DNA of 64,000 nt from Magallana gigas (taxonomy: Eukaryota). Shown here piece by piece: positions 24,303 through 38,327 of the stretch. The notes under the pieces are model-generated. The model worked only from the letters and a program-made list of their open reading frames with translations, was not told the DNA's origin and did not search any database. Within the stretch, counting starts at the first letter, position 1. Every line of letters begins with the position of its first letter. The stretch is taken from NCBI RefSeq assembly GCF_963853765.1, contig NC_088860.1:9672001-9736000 (forward strand). The letters are read 5' to 3'. The position numbers and the translations under genes were made by a program.

Positions 24303-27300
24303 ATGAAGCGAGGGATACTCCTAGTTCTGTTTTGCGGATTTTTATCATACTCCTATGGACAAGGTAATTCAATAAATGCTTAAATTATTGACGAGCTTTA
24401 AAGCTCGTAATCGTTCTCTAAGGTTCAAATTTTTAAATATTTTTCTTCTAGGGAAAAAGTTGTTTTAATGATTTTTTGTTCTAAAATGTTAAATATTTTC
24501 ATTCGTAATTCATATTGATGGTAAAAGATTGGGTTTTTTTAACACTGTATGTTTAGTCTCTAAATAATAAATCAAAACGGCCTTTTGGAAAAAAGCCACT
24601 CGTGTCATTTTTCAAAATGTATGACTTTATTTGTTGATTACTCATTTACGTTTTACATCGAGGAATAATCCTTGATTATTAATTGTTAATTTATTGTTTG
24701 GTTTAAATTTGTGTGATACTTAATATCTTACTTCAAATGATAATATTGTATGTTATATGTTTTCATCTCCAATTCCCCATTGTAATACATAGATAACTAA
24801 GAATCAAGACAAGATTCGCCATTATTCAAAGTACTTTCTTATATTATATTTCCTGTGGGGAAAAATGAAACATTACGCCTGTGATAGCACAAAATGTAAA
24901 TTAAAAACATAATATAGAAAGCTATGTGGTCAGATGATCAAAATTGACAATATATCTATTTGAATTAAAAATTTGTTAACAGTTCCGCTCAAAAGATTCA
25001 TTATATATGCAAATTTAATTTGACCCTGTGGGATGTTTACGTTTTCAAGCTCAAGGAACGATTTGCGTTTTTAAAAAAGTAGACATTTATTTCACTATTT
25101 TTTTACCTATTGACTTTAAAAGTTCAAGGCCATATCATCTTTCTGTATAACCGATAATTTAAAAGGGTATTCAAGAAGTTGTATATATACATGTAGTGTA
25201 TATACACATACGTTTGAAAATACACGTACACACATAGCAGCACGCATACACATGCATATATAAACGCATTACACACCGAAATAGTTTCTCACGCATTGCT
25301 ATTCACTAAGTGTGCTAAATTAAACATTTTTTCATTGTTTAGACTTAAGTGAAAAAAAATATGAGTATTAATTCTTGGAAAGAACAGGTGCAGTTAATCA
25401 TTAAGGACAGTCGCGAAAAATTACAAACTTAACTTTCATAAGTTTGAATAATAATTTTTTTTTCTGGAAAACGACAATGAGTGCAATATACCTTCTAACA
25501 TCTTAAGACAAAGAGGCAGGGCATGTAATAAATAAAAGATGTATTCAAATTGCCTTTGCCACAATACCACTCTGTGTCTTGCGGCGTAATTAATAAAAGA
25601 TGCAAAACAATCGTTCGCTTGATTATTACAGAAACCATTAGTTTTTTTCTCTCATAAGTTTGACACATTTTATAGAATTTTGACAGACTTTGACACACAT
25701 GAAAACGATTGACAAGTGAAGACATCTGCCCCTGATTCGATAGATATATTGCATTTATGACAATACCTTCAGATCAATCCGTAATTTTAATTGCCTAATT
25801 TGAATAATACTAATTAGGAACAATAAGGTTTCAATAAATCACTGTAACTGAAGGTCTCCAACGCCTGTCACGTTTAACAATACATTACTGAGGGAACAAA
25901 ACGCTTTATAAGACAACTTCTCTATGTTTTCACTTTTTTCCCTGTAGGGAGCGATAAACGCATATTATTTCATTTTCTGATACAATAAATAAATGAAAGA
26001 GAACAATGAAACAACAAGAAATCTAAAAAAAAAAGAACACTCTTATTAAAACGCAATTCATGTACAAGTGTTAAAAAAAAATATTCAAAACTTTAGCGCA
26101 TGAACATTAACAAATAGCCAAATAACAACACGACTTATAATGTGACTGGAATAATTAACGAATTTTAATACAAAGAGGCTATATGAGAGGCTTGTCATTT
26201 TATAAAGTATGTTTCAATTTTAATAACAAATAAATCACAATGTCAGTGTTCTCTCTTTAACTACCGAGTAATTTAAAACATTCGTGACATGAAATTTTGA
26301 CCCCCTCCTCACGACAGTGAACACGTGATGTAATTTTGGAACATCTAGACTTGTCTATTCCAATCAGGCCATGATGACGTCATTAGACAATACAGGATTG
26401 ACTTTATACCAACACTGTTTACTTGTATTATTTAATTAAGTCAAATTTCAACTTCCTCGAGATAGTACTGTAACATCGACCCAAATAAGACTCATTCATT
26501 GCCCGATTAAACTAATAACCCATATGTTTTAGCGACCTGAATCAGACATTACTAGTATTAGAATTTTGTTACACATCTGCACTGTTCTTTGCTATCAATA
26601 CACATCCCTGTTTCAGGACCGGAAGGCACACAAGTTGTGCAGGTTCCAGCGGGCACATTCTACGCTCTCGTTTGCCCTGTCCCATCGAATGTGGGAGACA
26701 GAGTCACGTGGTATAAAAATGGCGACATTATATCCGATGCGACCTTTTCTAATTTGATTATATACGATGATTTTATCGGATTTCCAAGTATTAGCGAGTC
26801 TGATAGTGGGGAATACACATGTGCAGTTAATGATGACTTTACGACTGCGCAATCAACTATTATAAACGTTATTGGCACCCAAGGTCCGGGCTCTGCTGGC
26901 CCCGGTCAAGGTAACACTGCACTGTGGTGAAAGAGCTTGAAGGAGCGTTCGAACAGACATTCTTGCTTAGAATTCTACGGTTTCAAGAGAACAATGAAAC
27001 AACAAGAAATCTAAAAAAAACCACTCTTATTAAAACGCAATTCATGTACAAGTGTTAAAAAAATATTCAAAACTTTAGCGCATGAACATTAACAAATAGC
27101 CAAATAACAACACGACTTATAATGTGACTGGAATAATTAACGAATTTTAATACAAAGAGGCTATATGAGAGGCTTGTCATTTTATAAAGTATGTTTCAAT
27201 TTTAATAACAAATAAATCACAATGTCAGTGTTCTCTCTTTAACTACCGAGTAATTTAAAACATTCGTGACATGAAATTTTGACCCCCTCCTCACGACAGT

Positions 27301-30300
27301 GAACACGTGATGTAATTTTGGAACATCTAGACTTGTCTATTCCATACAGGCCATGATGACGTCATTAGACAATACAGGATTGACTTTATACCTACACTGT
27401 TTACTTGTATTATTTAATTAAGTCAAATTTCAACTTCCTCGAGATTGTACTGTAACATCGACCCAAATAAGACTCATTCATTGCCCGATTAAACTAATAA
27501 CCCATATGTTTTAGCGACCTGAATCAGACATTACTAGTATTAGAATTTTGTTACACATCTGCACTGTTCTTTGCTATCAATACACATCCCTGTTTCAGGA
27601 CCGGAAGGCACACAAGTTGTGCAGGTTCCAGCGGGCACACTCTACGATCTCGTTTGCCCTGTCCCATGGAATGTGGGAGACAGAGTCACGTGGTATAAAA
27701 ATGGCGACATTATATCCGATGCGACCTTTTCTAATTTGATTATATACGATAATTTTATCGGATTTCCAAGTATTAGCGAGTCTGATAGTGGGGAATACAC
27801 ATGTGCAGTTAATGATGACTTTACGACTGCGCAATCAACTATTATAAACGTTATTGGCACCCAAGGTCCGGGCTCTGCTGGCCCCGGTCAAGGTAACACT
27901 GCACTGTGGTGAAAGAGCTTGAAGGAGCGTTCGAACAGACATTCTTGCTTAGAATTCTACGGTTTCAGAGAATATTATGTTTCAGTTTGCACCTTAGATG
28001 TGACTTTTTTGAAAGCAATTACTAGTATTTGCACAAAAAGAGGAAAAATCCTTAGCTGTTTCGAAAAGTCTTTGTTTCAGAACACCAGCGCATATCACCG
28101 GGGTTTTAACTACTAACCAATTTTGTCTAATATAACATGTATATGGAGTTGGATTCTCTAGCTTGTTATCAACATTGCACTTATTATTCCATCGCATTTT
28201 CAAGTTTTGAGTGATTGCCTATAAATACTTTGATTATCGTTTATTATCTATTTATTTTCTTAATCTTGTTCTCTCTTCTTCATTTTAAGGGGGAAATTTT
28301 GACAACATGGCAAACGATCCATCTTTACTGATGGAACCAAATCCATCCGGAGGACTTTTACCCCCCAACCCCCCGCCAAAGCCCAAGAAGAGGAAGCAGG
28401 GTCTTCTGGACATGGTTGATACTCCTCCAAGGCCGGTGGACGTGTTGAATAACGAACCACCAGTCGATCTAATCGAGCAACCCATAGGATTACAGGAACA
28501 ACCCATAGGATTACAGGAACAACCAATCGGATTTCTGGATCAGCCCATGGAGATCCCAAACCAACCTATGGGACCAACTAATCAAGAAATGGCAGCGATA
28601 GACCAATCTATGGGACCAGCAATCCAAGATACTATGGGACAAATGGAGATCCCTGTGGAGCCAGTAGAACAGATTGGCGGATTTCTAGATCCACCACCGG
28701 CAGTTCAAAGAGGAAGTAACCCCCAGTTTTCATTGGCTGGATCGGAAGTTGTTAAAGAATGGCTTCCTTCTAATTTTGCTGATAACATACCTTCCTTCGA
28801 CTCAAACCGAATGGTAGAACCCGCACCTGGTACCCAGTCTAAATCAGTAAATCAAATTTTCAACTCTAATTTGGGCTCTGTTCAGGTTGGCGATGCTGGC
28901 ATGGGAAATGTCCCCTCAATGGGAATGTCTATCCCAAGACAACCGATAGTTGACTCGCAGTTCCGGGTGCCTGACAATATGAATATGGACCCTATGGATA
29001 ATGCTGGTGTTCTAGATTTCCAGGAGTTTGGAAACGCTATTGACCTCAAATCAACGGCTGACAAAGGCGCGGAAATGCTTGATATGGCAATGGGCATAGT
29101 AGATAGAGATCCCAATGTAATTCCAGGGAGCCAAAGAAACGAGAAAGAATATACATTTTTTCACGAAACTCAGTGCCGCATGAGAGCCCATTTTACAGCC
29201 GCAGGAAAATTGGACGAAACAACGTATGAAGAATACCTTAATGGAAAGTGGGAACAAAGGCTCTGTGCTCCTGGTTCCGGTTACAACGTCACAACTTGCG
29301 GCTGCACCAATATGCTGCCAGGTAATACATAAAATGATACACATATATTTCTTAAAAAGCCGTATTTTATAAGATCCTCGTGCAAATCAAAGTTTACTTG
29401 TCATTTGACCATAAACTTCTGTAACAAGGCTGTAAATTCCCATCTTTTGTTGTAGTTGGATATAATGCGGGCAGAATGAGGGACGGAGTCTGTACACCAG
29501 ACATCTCTCTTAAGTTCCAAGGGGGCGTGCGTGACACTTCCGGTAACGGGGCCGCGGTCGATTACTACGGTGTTGACGTAGCCGATGGCACGGCGTACTT
29601 TGACGGAAGCAACCGTTTGTACATTTGGAGATACCAAAGTTACGACTACAGGGATAAGTTACAGATCAGCTTTAAATTCAAGCCCAAGCCTGGCCCCAGA
29701 GCAGAGCCCTACACACTGGTCAGCAACTGTGAGGGGGAAGATGAACCATCATATGGCATTGTTCTGAACAGCTTCTCCAACATCACGACCATCTTCTTAA
29801 AGACATACGAAATTGAAAGTCAACGTTTCATGACCTTTGACATTAACGTACGTATTTATTTTTACAGGTATATCAGTAATTGAAAATGAATGGAATATAA
29901 TCATATCTACGAATGTCTGCCAGTAATGAATCGTATGAATAAAGATATTTAATTCAAATGGTAAATTTATACTGCGAGATAATGGATATGATTTTTAAAA
30001 TTCTGAACACGCTGTAGTGCAAGGTTCTAGTCACTGCAGTAACTATTTAATCTCTTTTGCAGCCCACCCAATGGAACGATGTATATTTTAGGTACGAAAA
30101 TGGTACAATGATAGGACGAGTGAACAATGAAATCAAAAGCAGACCTCTGACAGGTAAGTGGCTAAAAACGTGTCTCTCTTAAAATACAGGAAATGGCGCC
30201 AGAATCTCAAAAGTTTTGATTATTTGGGGGTGGGGGGTTGGTTGGTCATGAATGGCTTTTTATTGTTTACGCTATAAATACAGCGAGTCGTTACAATGAA

Positions 30301-31266
30301 TAATAACGTCTTTGTATGTATGTGAATTTATTTGAATGGATCACTTATATTATTCATTTATCTTGGTTGTATTTGACCATTGTTATCACTGATTCTTTTA
30401 ATCTGTGGGGGTTTTTCATTTTGTTTGTCTCTTTGAATTTCTTTGTCGTAGGGGTGATTATTATAGGGAAATACAGTACATTATAACATACAGTGTATTA
30501 AAAAATAGGCATTCTTAGAATTCGTATAATTGATACAACCCTGATTCATTTTTCAAAATCTATGGAATAAAGTAAGTGATTTTTGCAAACATTTAAATTA
30601 ATTCAAAAAACTCTCCAAAGCTTACAACTGTATTTCTTATGATCTATAGGAATCATCCAGAAAAGACCGGATGCCATGGTGTTTGCCAATTGTAAGCGAT
30701 ATGGAAATTTCAAAGGACAGCTAAAAGATGTGAGTAAAAGATTATGTGAAATATTTAGCAACGTTTTATTATAGGAGAAGGCTGGGTTGTCTACAGATTA
30801 ACCTTTAAATCTACCTTAGAGATGTAGGCGTGGTTTCTTTAGCCGTAACATTATTTAGTGAAGAAAAAAACCCTTATTTTTTAGATTTAAAAAATGAATA
30901 CTTTTCTATATCTTCATACAAAGATCTTTTTCTAAGAAGATCAGTATAGTCCAATAATGACCACGACTGTACACCCCTTCTGGTTAAGTTGACTAAGAAT
31001 TAATTTTTTTATCAAAAATCTGAAAAAGAAAAAAAAACCAACTCAGTTCCATCTGATCATTTTGGCTTAAGATATGATATATGTAGTTTAAGTCATTTTT
31101 TAAATTAGAAGCATATCTCTGATTACTTGCAATTGTTTATGATTGAAAAAAGGCTACTCATTTTTAATATGGATATTTTTTTATATTTCAGATCGTAGTT
31201 TACACAAAATGTTTACCTCGTTATGAAAGACCAGTAGAAAGATACCTAAGTGGGGCGGGGCTTTAA
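24303..31266 (+). CDS. Secreted Pif-like shell-matrix-type protein: signal peptide, Ig x2, P/Q/M/D low-complexity region, chitin-binding-like module, LamG (772 aa with both Ig exons)
   Basis: Exons 24303-24363 (MKRGILLVLFCGFLSYSYGQ), 26617-26910, 27599-27892, 28290-29321, 29456-29847, 30063-30153, 30650-30729, 31192-31266 (stop TAA). All GT-AG with phases 1,1,1,1,0,1,0; total 2319 nt. Ig: LVC..W.KNG..D.G.YTC. CBM14-like: C...CAPGSGYNVTTCGC. LamG: AYFDGSNRLYI..LVSNC..WNDV..FKGQLKDIVVY..C.P, the C-terminal pattern of molluscan Pif/BMSP-family proteins. Confidence 0.85.
25998..27967 (+). repeat. ~985-bp tandem duplication carrying the Ig exon
   Basis: Units ~25998-26985 and ~26986-27967 are nearly identical; AGAGAA microhomology at the breakpoints. 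Confidence 0.95.
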
Positions 31267-33205
31267 TTGACCACCATTAAATCTTAATAAAGACTATTGG
31301 ATGACAGTTTTTCAGTTTTTGTGCGATTGTTGTGCAATGGAAAATAAGAAATACAATCCAGAAGTAGACATTAGAATTAAACTTGAGTCGAATAATTTCA
31401 GTTTTAAAGACGAAGTATACTTGATATAAAGATTAATTGTACTGACAAAAGTTTAAGCATTAATTGCCTTCCTCGGACGAACTTATAATAAGTTTTGCCA
31501 ATTTAAGTGAAACATTTCCTTTTTGGTCCCTAATACGCACGCGTAATATGTTAATTAATGTCTTTCGTTAATGTCGCTGTCACAAAAACCCTCTGTATTC
31601 TGTGTGTATTGTATTCTACCACACTCTCTGAATTGCATCACAATCACCTCATTCTAGCGAATAACATTATTGTAACAGTAACTTATCATTATTTCTTTGA
31701 TTATTTCTTTGTCATTTTTTTTTGTATGCATGGTTTACGAGTTTTTATATAACGATATCGTTGCATCAACAGTTCATGAAATGTCCAATGCAGTATCGCC
31801 TTGGTAACGACGCCAAGGGTTATTTTAACTAAGGTGTAACTCATGTGATGTTTTGTACATATATTTATTGAAAAATAAACTAAATGAACAATGTTATACA
31901 TGTGTATAGTGTTGGTTTTTTATATTGATATAAATGTCATATGGTTTTAGTAACAGTATATACACGTATTTTGAAAAATGAGGTATATGTCACATCAAGT
32001 GCGCTAAAAGGGCAAGTGTAAATATTACAAGTGCATTCTTTGCTTTAAGCAGTTATTTTTATAATAAATTTGAAAACTGAACTATATGACTGGAGGTTAA
32101 AACCTACTTGATAACTTATCATTTACATTCAGATAGACGATAACACTGTTGATTTCAGACAGAGCTAGTATAAAACTGTTTGAAAATCTGAGTTTTGCTT
32201 ACTACAAGAAATTTACTTTTATTTTCATTGTCTATCTACATTCTATAGAGGGGAAAACAAAAACACAGAAGAAGTTTTCATACCTGGCACATTTAGTTGT
32301 CTACAAGACGTTGCAATGGGTTATATATCTCTTTTGCGATGGAGTGGCTTACCTTTTAGAAATAACGCGAAAGAAAAATTTGTCATTTGTCAATGTTTCA
32401 GATACATGTACAGTATCGTGTTACAGTACTTAGCATACTCATTGCATTTTATTACAATTCCGTCCTAGAAACTGATTACCAAATTTCAATTAACAATTCT
32501 ATTACAGAGTTTTTGTGAAGGTTTTAACTTTAATGTCTTCGTGCAGTAGACACTTATAGCCATTAGCATGTTTAATTCATGAAAAGCATATCTCTATATT
32601 TAAAACAAAATATGCTTGAAAACGAACATCTGCTTTCTGATTTTTTTTTCTAAATTATAAACCTGGTCCTTGTCACAGATAAGATAAATTACTGTTTAAA
32701 CTAGATGCTGCTCATTTATAACTAGGCTGGTAAAAAGTATCTATGATGAGTTTTATTGCAAAAATTATTAGCATATTTCTTACTAATTATTACCCCCCCC
32801 CCCCCCATATAGGACAAGGTGCTTTGTTTAGTGTATGCGTATTCTTTAAGAGAACAACAGACACTTTCTTGCCTAATGCAATCTAAGTAGATAAATCAGT
32901 CAGCCAAGTGTTAACAATTTTGAAAAATCCAATAATTCTGATATTTCTCATTGTGTGAAAATGATCAAGATATCATTTTGTTTACTATACTTTAAAATGA
33001 CATCGTAAAAAAATGCACAAAATCAATTTAGTGTCAATGTGATAATATGGACTGCTGATTAAATACCGGGATTAAAACTATGGTACATGTATTAAAGAAA
33101 ATCTTATTTTAAAAATAAAGCGCGGGGAAGCATTTTATTGTTTGGTTCAACACATGAATAATGATTTAATGATTTAAACAAGAAGTGAGAGACCATTGTC
33201 TGAAT

Positions 33206-33344
33206 NNNNNNNNNNNNNNNNNNNNNNNNNNNNNNNNNNNNNNNNNNNNNNNNNNNNNNNNNNNNNNNNNNNNNNNNNNNNNNNNNNNNNNNNNNNNNNN
33301 NNNNNNNNNNNNNNNNNNNNNNNNNNNNNNNNNNNNNNNNNNNN
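33206..33344. other. Assembly gap (139 N)
   Basis: Run of N. Confidence 1.
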
Positions 33345-35471
33345 GGAGAGAGTATTTTACCGATACATGTATTGATTTTTGCTTGTTTATAGGAAGTGGC
33401 GTGAAAAGGGGAATAGGGAATTGAAGGTATATGGATACAGGAACTTGGAATTTCTTGTCATCATGTATGAGAAAAAAATATTCATTTATCCCCCATTATC
33501 ACGGCTATAATGCATTTGAAGAAACTGTATTGAAAATAGATTATGAACCATATAGAAATCAATATCTTTTAACGGTTTTTTTTTAATAATTGCAGTCAAG
33601 AGGATAAAAATGTTAACACCCCCCCCCCTCCCCCCCGCAAAAAAAAAACTCAACGTGATATCTTATTTATTTACTTTTGACCATCTACATTTTTCAAAAG
33701 TCCATATTGTATTTCGAAATTGGAAGTAAAATCTACGTGAATGAGTGGTTGGTTCTATCCATCGATGTCACTTTCAGGTCCACCATACCTATAACTGGTA
33801 TAACTGTTGAAAAAAAATTACTATTTTTATTTGAGAAATTATGTGGTTTTCGGTATCTGTATTCTAAACATGATCAAATTAAAACGTTTTTGTTTATGTT
33901 TCATTTTTAGATTATCATTCCTCTGAAAGTAATAAAAAGTACATCATAATAATAGAATACTTTCTCGAAACCTATGCATTAGGAAACCAAGTGCAACTCT
34001 TTTGCAAAGGTAATTTTGGAATATTTCCAAATGCTATTTATACACAATTGCAGTCTTCCACTAGCAGTTTAAACAAAAATACAGACTATTTGAATATTAT
34101 AACTATATATGACCAAGTGCTATTGTTTTGCAAAAGTATTTTTGGAATGGTTCTAGATGCTATCTATAATTTTTTAATGGAGTATTTTGGGCTATACCTA
34201 TTCGCACTGGATAAAAAAAGATCTTTGCAAAAATAACTTGAGATATTAATGAAATCTAAATGTGTCTGGATTTTATACACGAGAACCTCTACATAGAATA
34301 AATTTGTATTAGTAAAAAAACATAATGCATCGCGTGTACTTCAGACTTCTATTTCAAACGTCAATAGTTAGTTTCAAACGTAAAGAATGGTTCAAAAGAG
34401 GTGCAAAATTTGGACTAATGCCAATATTTTGAAAACTGTTTTGTTATCATTTTATTTGGTACTGATAATTTACAAATGTACCTAAAACTGGCGAAAAAGC
34501 AATGTATTTCTCTCTTTTGCACTTTTAAAAAGTCATCCATAATTCAACGTGAACTGCAAGTAGCTTATCAATTGATTAAAAGTATCATTTGCTGAATTAT
34601 TCATAGATTTTAACAAAAATGCCTCTGTGAAATGGAGATAAAATAGTTAATTATGCGAAATCAATAATCGCCTTTTTGTCGATATTGAATTTTAAAATTC
34701 ACATAGCTTGCACTTTCATTGCCGTTTCTTCATCGCAGTGATGGAAACAAAGCGAATCCTGTATATAGTGGCTAAAATAAGGTCCTACAGTTCACAAAGA
34801 ACACACTATTTATTTTCAAACGATATTCTACAATAAATTCAGTGAATAGTGTTTATACTGACTGAACAAAGACACACTGATTGCTTCCCGTCGTTGTAGG
34901 GAGACTATCCTAGCATCTCGTTACCCTCACAATCCCAGCCATTACAGCAGATTCACAGTCTTTCTTTTGGTGCCGGTTTTTCTACCGTGATTTTTTTTTT
35001 TTACACTTTTCGTTACAGTTTTCATAAAACTATGTCTTAACTGTATTTATGGTGCCCTTAACATTCCCTTTACCGTAAAAGTTACCACAAATTTCACTTT
35101 TGGTTACTTTGTAAAGGAACTATAATTAAATGCCTCGTCTTTAGAATAAAAAAAACCTCTCCTTCAAGATCCATTTTTTATCATTGGACTCTCCTTCTCT
35201 TCCTAAAATAATCCTGAACTCACCAGTAAGTTTAATTATGTTGCTTATTGATTAAGGTATAGAAGCCAAAATGTCTAAAATGTATGTACTAAGCTCACTT
35301 TGGGTTTATAGCGAAGGTTTTTAATACTTATGCAAACGTCAATATTAGAAATGATTGTTTTAGAAATAAAACAATGTATCTCTTTCGAAATAAATTCTAA
35401 CAAATTATATTGGTCAGATATGATATTATGATAACGCAATTTCATTCGTTTTTAACTAACAATGAAAAACT

Positions 35472-36420
35472 AATCAAACAATTTTATGTGCACAACATGC
35501 AGATGACTGTACGTTTCCATTAAAAAACGTAGAATCATTAAAAGATGCCATAAAAATAAAGAAAATTTTGGAAGAATGTCCGGTTCTAAATTGAATATAG
35601 AAAAAACAGAAGGTAGCCTTTTGGGGCCACTGAAAAACTCGTTACAATATGTAGATGATATTAAAATGACAAACAATCCAGTTAAATCACTTGAAATTTT
35701 CTTAGGACATGACAAAGAAGCTAACGGTGAGAAAAATTGGTTGAATAAACTTAAAGAATTCGAAAAAATCCTAGACTCCTGGCGAATTAGAAAGTTAACG
35801 TTATTTGGAAAATGCAGAGTTATAAATTCTCTAATAGTATCTAAACTATTGTTCTGGAAACCCCAAATATTGAATTCATAAACCTGAAAACTAAATATAA
35901 TTATATATAACTTTTTATGGGGTAAGAGAGAGGATTAAACGCAAATCACTTGTAAGATCAATAAATGAAGGTGGTCTTGGCCTTATAGATGTGGAGTGCA
36001 AATTAAAAAGTGTAAAAGCGGGATGGATCGAAAGACTCTATAATAAGAAAAGTTCTCTTAGAAGATATATAGAAGACATATTGAAAATTAACGGAATAGA
36101 TTTTGAATATTTGATGAGAAGCAATATCGTTAAACCAAATGATCTAAATGTTCTAAAAAATTCCCAAAATTTTACAAAGAAATTATCTGTAGTTTTAATG
36201 AATGTAAATCCCCCACATGTATCACGAAATCAGCTCAATGCAAACTTGTGGTTAGATAATTTTATTAAATGTAAGGAGAAAATACTTTTCCTAGAATCGT
36301 GGATAAAAAGTGGTATCCTGCATGTTAAAGATATGTTTACAATAGATGGTATAAAGGATTTAAATAATATCACAGAAAATCTATTTTCTGTATTTTCAAT
36401 TCCAGTTGAAAACAAACCTA
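35472..36420 (+). mobile_element. L1/Tx1-clade LINE remnant (RT and downstream region), frameshifted
   Basis: ADDCT at ~35499; SGSKLNIEKTEG..LG; NWLNKL..L.SW..RKLTLFGK.RVINSL; FLWG..ERIKR..EGGLGLID; WIERL; split across several frames. Confidence 0.85.
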
Positions 36421-37610
36421 TGCAAGAAGCTTGGCAATATATCATTGGTATTTTTGTGAGATTTGAAAAGTTTACCTTTTTCAACATGTCGTTCTTTGTA
36501 AAACCATGACAAGCGGTACGCCATGGTATACTTCTTGAAGAATTACATCACATTCCAGAAAATAATTACATTTTAATATTTTTACCGCAGGGGTCAGATG
36601 AGAGTCAGACCGAATTTCGTGAACGTGAGACATTATTTTGAACATTAATTTACAGTCATGAATATTCTTGTGTTTAGTTGTTGGTATTATGAAGCGATTT
36701 AAGTCCGTGATTTTGTGTAGAAATACAGACCATATACTGTGACACAATTGCTCTAGTTTCATAATCAAAATGTGAAATATTTGAGTAAAAAATAATATTT
36801 AAGCAGAAAAAGTTTAATGTATATAAATCAAATATGAACAAAAATGTGTTCTATTGTATTTCATTTGACTAAAAACCCAGCGGTAAAATTTTGGTTACCC
36901 ATCGTATCCAAATCAATTTTCGACATTCCACGACAATTTCTCGCAGTCGCTTGAATGTTGATGACTCCGTGTAAGCTAAGCCGGTTTTGTACATTTGTTG
37001 ACGAATGACCATCCATGTGATTTAAATTGTTTTATGGTTTTCTGGTTGTTTTGGTACAAGTTATGTCCTGCAATGTCGTAGTGGTGAGTACTTTATAAAC
37101 AATGCAACGCCTTATCGTCACACATATTTCAGCAAAGGTTACCAGTACTGCACTCCAGACTTGTAAATAGCTACGCCTTTACACAAAAATCAGATTCTTT
37201 AAAATCTAAATTTGTACATGACAGGTTTTTTGATGATGTAATATAAATCAAGGTAAATCTGCCTGTGATTGCACCCACCTGAAATCTCTTACATTCACAG
37301 GTACATGTATAACTGCATTGACGTTCAAGTGCCATACTGTCAAAGGTGTAAAAATACAATTTACGAGTTGTCATGATATGTTAGTTTTGTATCTACATCC
37401 ATAACATAGTTCAAAATCCAGTTTGGTATAAGGTAGAACGGAACATTCTTTACCTGTCGTTGCATACCTTTGCTCTTGCAAAATTCCGATTAAAAAGAGT
37501 GTTTTTTTATGTGATATTTATGAATAATTAATAAGTAATACTGTTCTAGGATATCAAAACAGTTATTTAATACATCAGAGATATTAGTCATATAAAAAAA
37601 GACGCCAGCT

Positions 37611-37612
37611 GT

Positions 37613-37674
<62 letters not shown>
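37611..37674. repeat. Compound (GT)13(GA)19 microsatellite
   Basis: Directly visible. Confidence 0.95.
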
Positions 37675-37677
<3 letters not shown>

Positions 37678-38216
37678 GACACCACCAGGTAACCTCGGGA
37701 TTCCCTCCCTTATTACGTTCAGGCAAATTAACTTCTATTCTTTCAGAATTAAAAAAAACCCTTTACTACTGATGGTTAAGCTATGATTGAGGATACGGAC
37801 ATTGCTTGGATTGGTTTGGTTTGGTAATATTTGTTGCAAATATTCCCCTGGTACTACAGAATAAGTAAATGATACATCTCCTATGTATATTTAATACATT
37901 TCGCAACAAAAATGACACGCTATATAGAAGTGTTAGATATTGATTTCATTTAGCATTAATCAACCACACAAATTGATCTCAGTCACGCATTACTGTCTGA
38001 CCGGCACATACAGTATACCAGGTTTTTGGGCCCAATCTGCTGGCTAGGTACCAAGCAAAACTAAAGTTCTTTCACAAACGTAACAGACAATTACATGTAG
38101 TAAATGATCAAGTATAAATCAATGTGGGAGAAAGGTTTAGAACATACATGCATGCATTCATTGTCGTTTTGAAAAAAGAAACGCTGGGTAAAAACTAAAT
38201 ATTTAAACCTGGCATT

Positions 38217-38327
38217 TACTTGAGCCTTTTTATTATTCAGTGTTAGTATATTGTACTTGGGCCTTTTTATTATTCAGTGTTAGTATATTGTACTTGAGCC
38301 TTTTTATTATTCAGTGTTAGTATATTG
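38217..38327. repeat. 37-bp minisatellite x3
   Basis: TACTTGAGCCTTTTTATTATTCAGTGTTAGTATATTG three times, with one substitution in the middle copy. Confidence 0.95.

Noticed and set aside
37171-37374. Cys-containing 67-aa ORF on -
   Set aside because: No in-frame splice partners; its end overlaps a repeat-like sequence.
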